DNA from: an uncultured Candidatus Saccharibacteria bacterium
GTDB taxonomy: Bacteria; Patescibacteriota; Dojkabacteria; SC72
Reading direction: 5' to 3'
Assembly: GCA_964621195.1 (NCBI GenBank)
Contig: CAZULJ010000004.1
Location: 16,620-80,619, forward strand
Length of the DNA stretch: 64,000 nt
The number at the start of each line of letters is the position of its first letter. The first letter of the stretch is position 1. The notes beneath the pieces are model-generated. The model saw nothing but the letters and a program-made list of their open reading frames with translations. It did not search any database and was not told the origin of the DNA. Positions 1 through 8,847 of this stretch are shown here, one piece after another. The translations under genes and the position numbers were made by a program.

Positions 1-583
1 AGCTCTTACTCTGTTTGTACTTTAACCTATTAGACTCAACAGTTTCGGTGGCCTCTTCTCTTGTGGCAAGGATCTGCTGTTGCATAACTTCCATAGTAGG
101 ATACTGCTCCTCCTTTGAAGCTCTTGCAGCAACCTGAGTACCACAATATGGACAGAATTTAACACTTTTACCAATCAGTACCTCGCAGTTTGGACATTTC
201 TTTTTTATTTCATTACCACAGTTTGTACAAAAAACATACCCTGGTAATAGCTGATTACCACACTTTGTACAATCTCCTAACTCAGATGTTTCGTATTTAA
301 GATATCTTCGCTCAAGATCTGCCCAATATATCTGCTCTATTGTCTCACTCGGTCTAATTATCAAATATATTATCAATCCTGGGATATTTAATAGTGTAAC
401 TAGGAGAAGATATACAACCCTGATAGTCATATTTGAAGTTCTCTCTCCAGAGTCCACCCAAACCCAACCTATTAGCACTAACCAAAATATTAACAACAAG
501 ACGAATAGAAAGCTCCCAAACATATTGAAATCCATATTACCTACGAAATCAAAAAATCCTAGAACAAAGTTTTCGAGATTCAT
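1..583 (-). CDS. Zinc-ribbon domain membrane protein. Partial: the N-terminal part is in the window and the gene runs off the 5' edge.
   Basis: My minus-strand translation from ATG at 583 reads MNLENFVLGFF...LFVLLLIFWLVLIGW (TM helix), followed by two CxxC...CxxC pairs (CTKCGN...FCTNCGN; CPNCE...FCPYCGT). The ORF continues past position 1. It is absent from the ORF track because it is incomplete. Confidence 0.4.
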   Translation of the reverse strand, partial: MNLENFVLGFFDFVGNMDFNMFGSFLFVLLLIFWLVLIGWVWVDSGERTSNMTIRVVYLLLVTLLNIPGLIIYLIIRPSETIEQIYWADLERRYLKYETSELGDCTKCGNQLLPGYVFCTNCGNEIKKKCPNCEVLIGKSVKFCPYCGTQVAARASKEEQYPTMEVMQQQILATREEATETVESNRLKYKQSKS

Positions 584-666
584 ATTTTTAATATAGACAA
601 TTAATGATGGGGCGTACAACAAATTATCTCAGGCAAATGTTTTTTTTACAAGGGGGAAAAGAATAA

Positions 667-750
667 TGGTCGAGGAGGGAATCGAACCCTCATGCTATTA
701 CTAGCACGGGATTTTGAGTCCCGCGTGTCTGCCAGTTCCACCACTCGACC
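667..750 (-). tRNA. tRNA-Leu (anticodon CAA), long variable arm, CCA not encoded
   Basis: The reverse complement reads GGTCGAG-TG-GTG(D)...CGGGA CTCAAAA TCCCG (anticodon loop, CAA), variable hairpin TGCTAGTAATAGCA, T arm GAGGG TTCGATT CCCTC, acceptor CTCGACC and discriminator A. Confidence 0.8.
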
Positions 751-791
751 AGTGCATGTATTATATCCCAAATATCTTTAGCTTGTACACA

Positions 792-2108
792 CTATTTACG
801 ATCCCTATACAAATTCCTAAAGCTAGCGATTTCATTTACAAATGCAAGCTCTACCATACCTGTAGGACCATTTCTGTGCTTTGCAAGAAATATATCTGCA
901 GTACCCTTTCTTTCTGTATCAGGATTCCATGTTTCTTCCCTATCTACAAATATTACGACATCGGCATCCTGCTCAATAGATCCTGACTCTCTAAGATCGG
1001 ATAGCTGAGGTCTTCTTCCTTGTCTCTGTTCAATTGCACGAGATAGCTGTGAAAGGGCAACAACAGGTACATTTAATTCTTTTGCGAGATTTTTTAAACC
1101 TTGTGATATTTCTGATACTTCAAGAGTTCTGCTCTCTTTGCTGCTTCCGTGCATCAATTGCAAATAGTCTACAAAGATAATATCTACACCATGCTCTAAA
1201 GCTAATCTTCTAGATTTTGTTCTTACCTGATTAATATGTTGACCTGCCATATCGTCTATGAAGATATTAGCATCACCAAGCTCACCCATTGTATTGGCTA
1301 ACTTAATAATCTTCTCATCATTTAATTTGTTTGTCCTAATTTCCCAAAAAGGTATACCAGATTGCATGCCTAGTAGCCTATCCATAATCTGCATATTGGA
1401 CATTTCTAGGGAAAAGAATGCGACATTCTTCTTTTCAACCAAAGAGGCATGCCTCATCATATCCAAGGCTAATGAGGTTTTACCAACAGATGGCCTTGCA
1501 GCAAGTATAATTAAGTCGGACTTTTGGAAACCACCAAGCAGTACATCTAAGTCTCTAAATCCAGTAGAAATACCAGAGTAATCGTCAGTGCTTTTTGCAT
1601 GCGCTGCTCTCTCGTATGCATCTTTTAACAGTTCCTTAACATGAACAAAGTTACTCTTAACACCCTCTTGAGCAACATTAAAAAGAAGTGTCTCTGACTT
1701 ATCAACAACTTCAGATATATCCATAGTCTCATCAAAAGAGAGAGTAGTTATTTGTGACGCAGAGGAGATTAACCCCCTTCTTGTAGCATTCTCTTTTACA
1801 ATATTCGCATACTCCTCCACATGAGCAGAGGTGGGAACAAAGGATGCTAACTCAGTAAGATATGCACGACCACCAACCTTCACCAATATTTTCTTCTTCT
1901 TTAATCTATCAGATATTGTTACTAGATCTATTGGTAAACCATGTTCAAAAAGCTCTAAAATATTTTGATATATCAAAGCATGACGATCATCATAGAAATG
2001 GCCAGGCTGTAACCACCCAGAAACATTTATCAAAGCGTCTTTGTCCAAAAGCATAGAACCAAGGACAGATTTCTCAGCTTCAATATTTTGTGGTGGTATT
2101 TTCTCCAT
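792..2108 (-). CDS. dnaB: Replicative DNA helicase DnaB
   Basis: N-terminus PQNIEAEKSVLGSMLLD (DnaB N-domain). Walker A GKTSLALD, a RecA-like C-terminal domain, and FIDDMAG / DYLQLM motifs. Confidence 0.9.
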   Translation of the reverse strand: MEKIPPQNIEAEKSVLGSMLLDKDALINVSGWLQPGHFYDDRHALIYQNILELFEHGLPIDLVTISDRLKKKKILVKVGGRAYLTELASFVPTSAHVEEYANIVKENATRRGLISSASQITTLSFDETMDISEVVDKSETLLFNVAQEGVKSNFVHVKELLKDAYERAAHAKSTDDYSGISTGFRDLDVLLGGFQKSDLIILAARPSVGKTSLALDMMRHASLVEKKNVAFFSLEMSNMQIMDRLLGMQSGIPFWEIRTNKLNDEKIIKLANTMGELGDANIFIDDMAGQHINQVRTKSRRLALEHGVDIIFVDYLQLMHGSSKESRTLEVSEISQGLKNLAKELNVPVVALSQLSRAIEQRQGRRPQLSDLRESGSIEQDADVVIFVDREETWNPDTERKGTADIFLAKHRNGPTGMVELAFVNEIASFRNLYRDRK

Positions 2109-2115
2109 TTATTTT

Positions 2116-2763
2116 TTAATTAAGAAATATTACCTCCATATTCTTCTGCTCCTGCTCAGGAGAAGGAGATACGTTTATATATGACTCATCTCTAACATTT
2201 GTAAAACCAAAGTATTTAATAAAGTCTTCCCTACTCTTTATATCCTTACCAACTTTTAGCCCATCCTGTTTGTATGCACATGGGAGGAGTATTGTAGGAT
2301 CTACATTGTTAATAACTTTCTCAATTTTGTCATAATCGATAAAGAGAGATCCATTACCTATTGGTAGAATCAATACATCAACATCTCCAAGATCTTTAGT
2401 AGAAGATGTATCGAAGCTATTATCTAAAAGTCCCATGTATACAACACGCAAGATTGTTTCATCAATTAAATAGAAAGGAGCCTCAACATCTCTTCTTACC
2501 ATAACTCCACCAATCTCAAATTCTCCAGGGGATGATATTTCAATAATGGATTCTCTGTGCTCAGGCTCAACTTTCTTTAAGAGATCATTCTCCTTTAGGA
2601 TCTCTTCTTTACCTATTAATTTCTTATCTGTATACAAAACAACATCTGTCTTTACTTTAGTAAAACTCAATCCACTTTCTTTTAATGCAAGAGGATCCGT
2701 AATTAATGATATTTCGCCAACTGTTAATTGAAAGGTTGACCATCCGAGATTTTTTATCTTCAT
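2116..2763 (-). CDS. MBL-fold (beta-lactamase superfamily)-like protein, apparently degenerate because the His ligands are missing
   Basis: 215 aa. The pattern DVDVLILPIGNGSLFIDYDKIEKVI...TILLPCAY resembles the metal-dependent hydrolase (Lactamase_B_3-like) fold. The whole protein contains only one His. Confidence 0.4.
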   Translation of the reverse strand: MKIKNLGWSTFQLTVGEISLITDPLALKESGLSFTKVKTDVVLYTDKKLIGKEEILKENDLLKKVEPEHRESIIEISSPGEFEIGGVMVRRDVEAPFYLIDETILRVVYMGLLDNSFDTSSTKDLGDVDVLILPIGNGSLFIDYDKIEKVINNVDPTILLPCAYKQDGLKVGKDIKSREDFIKYFGFTNVRDESYINVSPSPEQEQKNMEVIFLN

Positions 2764-2817
2764 ATATACATCTAATTATATTATTGGGCAGTCATATTCT
2801 AGAGTATACCAGATTGT

Positions 2818-3039
2818 TTAATCTGATAATCCAAGGGATTTCTTTACATCTTCCACAAGGGTTTCTTTCATCTGATTTTTTACTAGCTCAAGCTTAAGAC
2901 TCTCCAGAGAAGAGATCACAGCCTGTAGCTGTGTCATAAGTTTCTCCTCCTCAGTGCCACCAACTATCATCCTCTTTATACCTCCTACCTGCCCCTCGAT
3001 TCTACTCACTCTGTTTTGAATCCTTTTAGAATACTTCAT
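2818..3039 (-). CDS. CsoR/RcnR/FrmR-family (DUF156) small transcriptional regulator-like protein
   Basis: 73 aa. RVSRIEGQVGGIKRMI...LMTQLQAVISSLESL matches the signature helix arrangement of the CsoR family. The protein has no Cys or His. Confidence 0.5.
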   Translation of the reverse strand: MKYSKRIQNRVSRIEGQVGGIKRMIVGGTEEEKLMTQLQAVISSLESLKLELVKNQMKETLVEDVKKSLGLSD

Positions 3040-3129
3040 ATCTGTGTTAAGTATATTTTTTTAGAAGTAGGAAATCAAGAATATTGTTGTATAGAAATTG
3101 ATATTGCAAAGTGATACGATATCAAAGAT

Positions 3130-3522
3130 GCAAAAGCTACAAATAAACCAGACACACACGATATACAGGAAAAGAGCAAGATCAATATTCATCTTCCTTT
3201 TACCAATTGCAGTATTTCGACTCTCAGACTCAATTCTTTTATATATATTTCCAACTCATGGCCGTTAAATGATGCTGTATACAGTGATTTGCAAAAGAGA
3301 CTTGAGGAACACCGGGTTCACTTAATGGGCATCTCTAATGCTGGATATTCGTTTGCATATATACTTGCTCCACTGCTAATGGGATACGTTTTCGATCTCT
3401 TTGGATTTTACAAATCATTTTCCCTGCTTGGCCTTGTGCTTGCAATCTCTTCGAACCATCTAATTTTCTTTACACCAAGAAAGCTTAGAATGCCACAAAA
3501 GTCTCTGGATCAAATTAAATAG
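3130..3522 (+). pseudogene. Remnant of an MFS-type transporter C-terminus, split across two frames
   Basis: A short ORF at 3130..3273 (IFIFLLPIAVFRL...) and the ORF at 3289..3522 (GISNAGYSFAYILAPLLMGYVFDLFGFYKSFSLLGLVLAIS) together look like the last TM helices of a major facilitator protein. There is no intact upstream portion. Confidence 0.3.
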
Positions 3523-3593
3523 TTCTTGACAGTTTTAGCACTCGTAGCTATACTTTGCTAACAATACATATTTAAATTTTTATTTAAATTACT

Positions 3594-4031
3594 ATGAAGA
3601 TTGTAAAGATAAATCAAAAACCTCAAGACAGTTACTATACCCCCATAAGGTCTTTAATGGACGAATTCTTCAGTTATCCATTACTTGACAGATGGGAAAG
3701 ACCATTCGAAGATTTCTCTGCCGATATATGGGAGGAAGATAACAAGATCTTTGTGAAGATGGCAATGCCAGGCATAAAGAAGGAGAACATCAAGATATCA
3801 GTAACTGGTGATATTCTAACAATAGAAGGAGAGAACAGTGAAACCAAAGAGGAGAAAGATGGAAAGAAATATTTCCTCAAGGGCTTTCAGAGTTGCTCCT
3901 ACTCTCAGAGGTTTAACCTTCCTTCTATAATCAATCCAGACGAAGTTAATGCAAAGTTTGAGGATGGTGTACTAACTGTCGAATTACCAAAGGCAAAAGA
4001 ATCTCAAACAAAACAGATAGAGATAAAGTAG
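3594..4031 (+). CDS. Hsp20/alpha-crystallin family small heat-shock protein
   Basis: 145 aa. The alpha-crystallin domain ends in FEDGVLTVELPK. Typical length. Confidence 0.85.
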   Translation: MKIVKINQKPQDSYYTPIRSLMDEFFSYPLLDRWERPFEDFSADIWEEDNKIFVKMAMPGIKKENIKISVTGDILTIEGENSETKEEKDGKKYFLKGFQSCSYSQRFNLPSIINPDEVNAKFEDGVLTVELPKAKESQTKQIEIK

Positions 4032-4046
4032 CTTAGAATAGAAAGA

Positions 4047-4076
4047 AACGGGGCGTATGCCCCGTTTTTCTTTTTG
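4047..4076 (+). terminator. Rho-independent terminator after the hsp20 gene
   Basis: AAACGGGGC-GTAT-GCCCCGTTT hairpin followed by TTCTTTTTG. Confidence 0.65.
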
Positions 4077-4096
4077 TGATGTAGTATAATCAATGA

Positions 4097-5218
4097 ATGC
4101 AAAAAGAGAACATACTGTTAATCATAAGTGTTATCCTTTCGATCGCAATACTAGGTTTTTCAATATATATATCCATACCTAAAAACACAACACAAAATGA
4201 AGATATTAACACTGAAGAAGACAGTACACCGGAGCCAGAGGAATTAGTAAACGAAGTGGTAACTGAAGAAGAGCAGGAGATACCCGAAACAACTTTCACC
4301 CAATCGGCATGGATACCCTCCTGGGATTTTAAAAAAGGATTTGAGAGTCTAAAGTTAAGAAAAGAAACAATAACTAGGGTACATCCAGTACTCTACTCTT
4401 TAAACAATAATGGTACACTAATGGATAGAAAACCCTCGGAGAGTACTCTTGCAGAGTTTCTTGCATATACAAAGACAGAAAATATTCTAGTAATACCAAC
4501 GGTAGGTTCATATGACTTTAAGATAATGGAAAGTGTACTAAACTCTGAGGTATATATAGAAAAGAGTGTAAATGAGATTGTTGAGCAGGTAGAGAAGTAT
4601 AACTATGATGGTATCGATATTGATTATGAAAAAATAAAGACTGCAAACAGAGTACAATATCTCTCATTTCTTTCAAAACTATCTACAAAATTAAAAGAGA
4701 AAGGCAAACTCCTTTCTGTTACAGTTTCGGCTAAAACTAGAGACAGTTCAGTAGATACTCTTTATGCACAAGATTGGATAGAGATAAACAAGGTTGCAGA
4801 CAGTGTGAATATAATGACATACGACTATACACTACAAAGCTCAACCATACCTGGACCCATAGGTCCATTAGATTGGATATCCGATGTCATAGAATACTCT
4901 AAAGGGAAAATAAACCCTCAGAAAATATTCCTAGGCATACACCTTTACTCATATCTCTGGAAGGAACAGAAGGCTACTGCACTCACCTACTCTTCGACTA
5001 CAAGTATACTTTCAAATAGTAAAATAGAGAGAAAATATCTCGAAGATTTTGCAGAAGGCTATGCATCGTATACATGTGCAGATGGATCCAAATGTATTCT
5101 CTTCTACCCCACTAAAGAAGGAGTAAAGGAGAGAATTGAAATATCAAGAGAGAATAAGCTTGCTGGTGTAGTATACTGGAGACTAGGAGATGATGGAAAC
5201 ATTTTAGATACAGAATAG
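4097..5218 (+). CDS. Glycoside hydrolase family 18 (chitinase-like) protein with N-terminal membrane anchor
   Basis: N-terminal TM helix. The GH18 catalytic motif is DGIDIDYE (DxxDxDxE). Overall TIM-barrel-like length. Confidence 0.7.
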   Translation: MQKENILLIISVILSIAILGFSIYISIPKNTTQNEDINTEEDSTPEPEELVNEVVTEEEQEIPETTFTQSAWIPSWDFKKGFESLKLRKETITRVHPVLYSLNNNGTLMDRKPSESTLAEFLAYTKTENILVIPTVGSYDFKIMESVLNSEVYIEKSVNEIVEQVEKYNYDGIDIDYEKIKTANRVQYLSFLSKLSTKLKEKGKLLSVTVSAKTRDSSVDTLYAQDWIEINKVADSVNIMTYDYTLQSSTIPGPIGPLDWISDVIEYSKGKINPQKIFLGIHLYSYLWKEQKATALTYSSTTSILSNSKIERKYLEDFAEGYASYTCADGSKCILFYPTKEGVKERIEISRENKLAGVVYWRLGDDGNILDTE

Positions 5219-5380
5219 ACTAAACCTATTAAGATCCCTCAAGAGATCTTTCTTCACGGCAAGGGTAACAGAAATGTTGCAGATCTTACTGTAAAGCTCT
5301 ATGAAACAGTTTTTAAGATATAAATTCATAGATCTTTGTTCTAGACACTACCATATTCATCTGCTATAATTCTACCCGTT

Positions 5381-5716
5381 ATGAAAAGAGATATTCATCC
5401 AAAATACAACAAGAGTTTGAAAGTAGTATGTTCATGTGGTAACACATTTGTTACAGGTTCTACACTAGAAAGTGATACTTTAAACGTAGAACTTTGTTCA
5501 AAATGTCACCCATTCTTCACTGGAGAACAAAAAATTGTAGACACTGACAATGTTGTTAAGAAGTTTGAAGAAAGAGCTCAGAAAGCTGCAAAGATGTCTT
5601 TCAGAAGTAAGAGAGAGAAGATGGAAGCAAGAAAGCAGAAGAAAGATACAACAGTAAAGAGTTCTTCAACTCTTACACTCAAAGATATGCTTGCAAACGC
5701 GAACATTTCTAAGTAA
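5381..5716 (+). CDS. rpmE: 50S ribosomal protein L31, with a Lys-rich C-terminal tail
   Basis: MKRDIHPKY...CSCGNTF...[10 protein letters not shown] is the zinc-ribbon L31 signature. Confidence 0.85.
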   Translation: MKRDIHPKYNKSLKVVCSCGNTFVTGSTLESDTLNVELCSKCHPFFTGEQKIVDTDNVVKKFEERAQKAAKMSFRSKREKMEARKQKKDTTVKSSSTLTLKDMLANANISK

Positions 5717-5740
5717 CACACTCCCTATACATCAATATTA

Positions 5741-6850
5741 ATGATATCATCCATAGATATGGACATAAATGCTGTAAAAGAAAAATATTCAAAGAACAAA
5801 GCAAGGGAAGAGAAAGAAGCATTGGAGCAGAGAATGATCAATGCTCATAATACAGGGGATAATATATCTCAGATTAGTATAGATCTCACCTACTACTCCC
5901 AACTATCCTCGTACATAGAACAGATACTCTCCCTAACCAAGGCATATGAAGAAGCCGAAGAAATTGTAAAGGAGAATTCGGACCCCGATCTTACAGAGAT
6001 GGCCAAAACTGAGATGGAAGAAATCGAAGAAAAAATCCCCCTATTAGAGAAAGAAATTGCAATATTGCAGATAGATAGAACATTCCATGATGAGGATGAC
6101 AATAGGTCTGCAATACTTGAAATTAGAGCTGGTGCAGGTGGTGATGAAGCGAGCCTGTTTGCCGCAGATCTATTCAGAATGTACAAGAATTTCGCATTAA
6201 AAAATGGTTGGGATATGCAAGTAATAGAGAGTAATATATCTGAAGGTGGTGGTTACAAGGAAGTAATTGCACAAATTAATGGTAAGAATGTATATAAAAA
6301 ACTTAAGTACGAGAGTGGTGTACACAGAGTACAAAGAGTACCTGTTACAGAATCCTCAGGAAGAATACACACCTCTACAGCCTCTGTCGCGATATTACCA
6401 GAAGCAAAAAGTATTGATATTGAGATAAAACCAGAAGATATAAGAATAGATGTTATGAGAGCTTCAGGCGCTGGTGGTCAATGTGTTAATAGAACAGACT
6501 CCGCAGTAAGAATAACCCACTTCCCAAGTGGAATAGTTGTAAGTTGCCAAGAAACAAAACATCAGAGCCAAAATAAAGAGAAAGCTATGGCTTTGTTAAG
6601 ATCTAGACTGTATGAAAAGAAAAGACAAGAAGAGGCAGAGAAAAGATCCAATCTGAGATCCTCACAAATCGGTAGTGCTATGAGAGCAGAGAAGATTAGG
6701 ACATATAACTTTCCACAGAATAGAATTACAGATCATAGAATAAAAAAATCATGGCATAACATAGAAACAGTATTGGCTGGAGAAATAGATGACATGGTTG
6801 ATGATATAAGAGAGGGAATACAGTTAGAACTTCTTAAGGATGTACAGTAA
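5741..6850 (+). CDS. prfA: Peptide chain release factor 1
   Basis: GGQ motif (SGAGGQCVNRTDSAVRITH). The PVT tripeptide (RF1-type PxT) is present in VPVTESSGRIHTS. Confidence 0.9.
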   Translation: MISSIDMDINAVKEKYSKNKAREEKEALEQRMINAHNTGDNISQISIDLTYYSQLSSYIEQILSLTKAYEEAEEIVKENSDPDLTEMAKTEMEEIEEKIPLLEKEIAILQIDRTFHDEDDNRSAILEIRAGAGGDEASLFAADLFRMYKNFALKNGWDMQVIESNISEGGGYKEVIAQINGKNVYKKLKYESGVHRVQRVPVTESSGRIHTSTASVAILPEAKSIDIEIKPEDIRIDVMRASGAGGQCVNRTDSAVRITHFPSGIVVSCQETKHQSQNKEKAMALLRSRLYEKKRQEEAEKRSNLRSSQIGSAMRAEKIRTYNFPQNRITDHRIKKSWHNIETVLAGEIDDMVDDIREGIQLELLKDVQ

Positions 6851-7661
6851 TCTACAGGATGCCTACCTTTTTCAACAACTACTTACTAGAATCGGATATC
6901 CCGATTACAAAAGAATCTCACTAGAGATTGCAGAATACATAGGATCGAATCCCGATATTAAAAGAGAAAATATTGAGAAGAGATTACTTAATGGGGAGCC
7001 CTGGGAATATATTCGTGGATATGCAGAGTTTTGTAATCTACAATTCCTAGTTACAAAGGACACCCTTATACCAAGAGTAGAAACAGAAAAGCTGGTACAC
7101 AGCGTTATTGAAATTATCAAAAAAGAAAATATCAAAAGACTAGTAGATGTAGGCACGGGAACTGGATGTATACCGATTTCAGTAAAGAAGTATTTGGGAG
7201 AAGATTACGTACTAAATATTCATGCTACTGATATATCACAAAGTGCACTCAAGATTGCAAAACGGAATGAAGAATTGATAACTCGGAGTATTGATATAGA
7301 TTGGCTAAATACAAATCTAATAAAAGATGTCGAGGATCTCTCAAACGAAAGTATCTTAACAGCTAATCTGCCATATATTCCCACTGAACAGTATTTAAAA
7401 CTAGACCACTCCGTTATTAATTACGAACCAAGAGAGGCATTAGATGGTGGTAAAGATGGCTTGAAACTCTATAGAGATCTTTTCAAAATGATGAATAAAA
7501 AGAATTACTACCCCAAATATCTCTTTATAGAAACAGAGGAATCTATATATGAGAAAACCTATACACTTATTAAAGAGTTCTTCAAAGTTTCTGAGATTAC
7601 AAAACAGAAAGACTGCTTCGAAAGAGATAGGTTTTTAATAGTAAAGACCCCTACTCTTTAG
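6840..7661 (+). CDS. prmC: Release factor glutamine N5-methyltransferase PrmC/HemK
   Basis: Overlaps the prfA stop. SAM motif VDVGTGTGCI. The NPPY-family motif is present as NLPY. The position after prfA is as expected. Confidence 0.75.
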   Translation: MYSNLQDAYLFQQLLTRIGYPDYKRISLEIAEYIGSNPDIKRENIEKRLLNGEPWEYIRGYAEFCNLQFLVTKDTLIPRVETEKLVHSVIEIIKKENIKRLVDVGTGTGCIPISVKKYLGEDYVLNIHATDISQSALKIAKRNEELITRSIDIDWLNTNLIKDVEDLSNESILTANLPYIPTEQYLKLDHSVINYEPREALDGGKDGLKLYRDLFKMMNKKNYYPKYLFIETEESIYEKTYTLIKEFFKVSEITKQKDCFERDRFLIVKTPTL

Positions 7662-8829
7662 CTTCCTCTAATACAACTTTCACAGTTCTTGTAGCTCCAG
7701 CATTCCAAAGCTCCAAGGATATCTCCTCTCCGACATCAAATGACTGAACAAGGGAGGCAAAAGAGTTTGCAATCTTCTTTCCATTTATCGTAGTAATAAT
7801 ATCTCCCCTTTCTATGCCAGCCTTTGCTGCAGGTCCAACAGGGTCAGTATTTACAACCAATGCTCCAGCTACAACATCTGTATAGTACAAGGCTTCATAT
7901 TCTGAGATCATTTGATACGAGATACCGATATATGGCTTTATAAATTTCCCATATGTTCTGTACTCCTCAAGTCTCTCCTTTACAACATTTATCGGCAAAG
8001 CAAAAGATATATTATCTGCACCCGCACTAGTCGCAAAGTTAACACCCACTACTTTACCCTCCGTACTAATCAATGGTCCACCTGAGTTTCCAGGATTTAC
8101 TGCGGCATCAGTTTGGATAACATCTTCATATACTTTTGTTGTAGATCCAAACCAACCAGACGAGGTTGTTACAGATCTACTTAAGCCGCTAATAACTCCG
8201 GTTGTAACACTCCCTGCATACTCGCCCAATGGCGTTCCTATTGCTATAACTGTTTGTCCAACAAGTAAGTTTGAGGAGTCACCTAATTCAATAGCTTTTA
8301 GATCCTTTGCGTCTACTTTTAGTATTGCAATATCATTGCTATCGTCCCTTAATATCTCAACAACGGAGTGCTCCTTTCCATCACTTGTTATTACAACATA
8401 TGCTGCAGTAGAATCTGAAACCACGTGCTGATTTGTTATTATAATTCCATTACTATCAACTACAAAGCCAGTTCCTATCTTACTAACACTATCAACCAAC
8501 CCCTCACCCCGTTGAAGTGAGAGTTGGGATACTGCTACACTAACAACAGATTCTGTAGAGTTCTTAACAACATTTATTACAACGTTCTCCTCTTGAGTTA
8601 CGGTTATACTTACATCTTTCTCCTGGTTATTCTCAACCTTCTGATCATTACCAAAGAGTAGTATGTCCTGTAAAGCTGGTGAAATTCTTAATATTAGAAG
8701 TACTGATACTGAGAAGAAAAGCAGCATGGTAATAATCACCAAGGATAAACCAAAAACTCTTAGATGTTTGTAATTATCAAAGGAGAGTGTATATTTTCCC
8801 TTCTTCTCTTTAATTTCAGTCTTTTCCAT
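7651..8829 (-). CDS. HtrA/DegP-family trypsin-like serine protease with PDZ domain
   Basis: N-terminal TM. TNQHV (His), D, and GNSGGPL (Ser) catalytic triad motifs. C-terminal PDZ. Confidence 0.85.
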   Translation of the reverse strand: MEKTEIKEKKGKYTLSFDNYKHLRVFGLSLVIITMLLFFSVSVLLILRISPALQDILLFGNDQKVENNQEKDVSITVTQEENVVINVVKNSTESVVSVAVSQLSLQRGEGLVDSVSKIGTGFVVDSNGIIITNQHVVSDSTAAYVVITSDGKEHSVVEILRDDSNDIAILKVDAKDLKAIELGDSSNLLVGQTVIAIGTPLGEYAGSVTTGVISGLSRSVTTSSGWFGSTTKVYEDVIQTDAAVNPGNSGGPLISTEGKVVGVNFATSAGADNISFALPINVVKERLEEYRTYGKFIKPYIGISYQMISEYEALYYTDVVAGALVVNTDPVGPAAKAGIERGDIITTINGKKIANSFASLVQSFDVGEEISLELWNAGATRTVKVVLEEAKE

Positions 8830-8847
8830 ATTTACATTAATAAAAAT

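Noticed and set aside
714-986. 90-aa + strand ORF
   Set aside because: It overlaps tRNA-Leu and runs antisense into dnaB. The composition is low-complexity, so I treat it as spurious.
1258-2056. Two + strand ORFs (107 and 64 aa) inside dnaB
   Set aside because: They are antisense to a well-supported dnaB with no independent signals.
3289-3522. 77-aa ORF as an independent gene
   Set aside because: It reads as the tail of an MFS transporter without the rest of the protein. I treat it as a pseudogene fragment.
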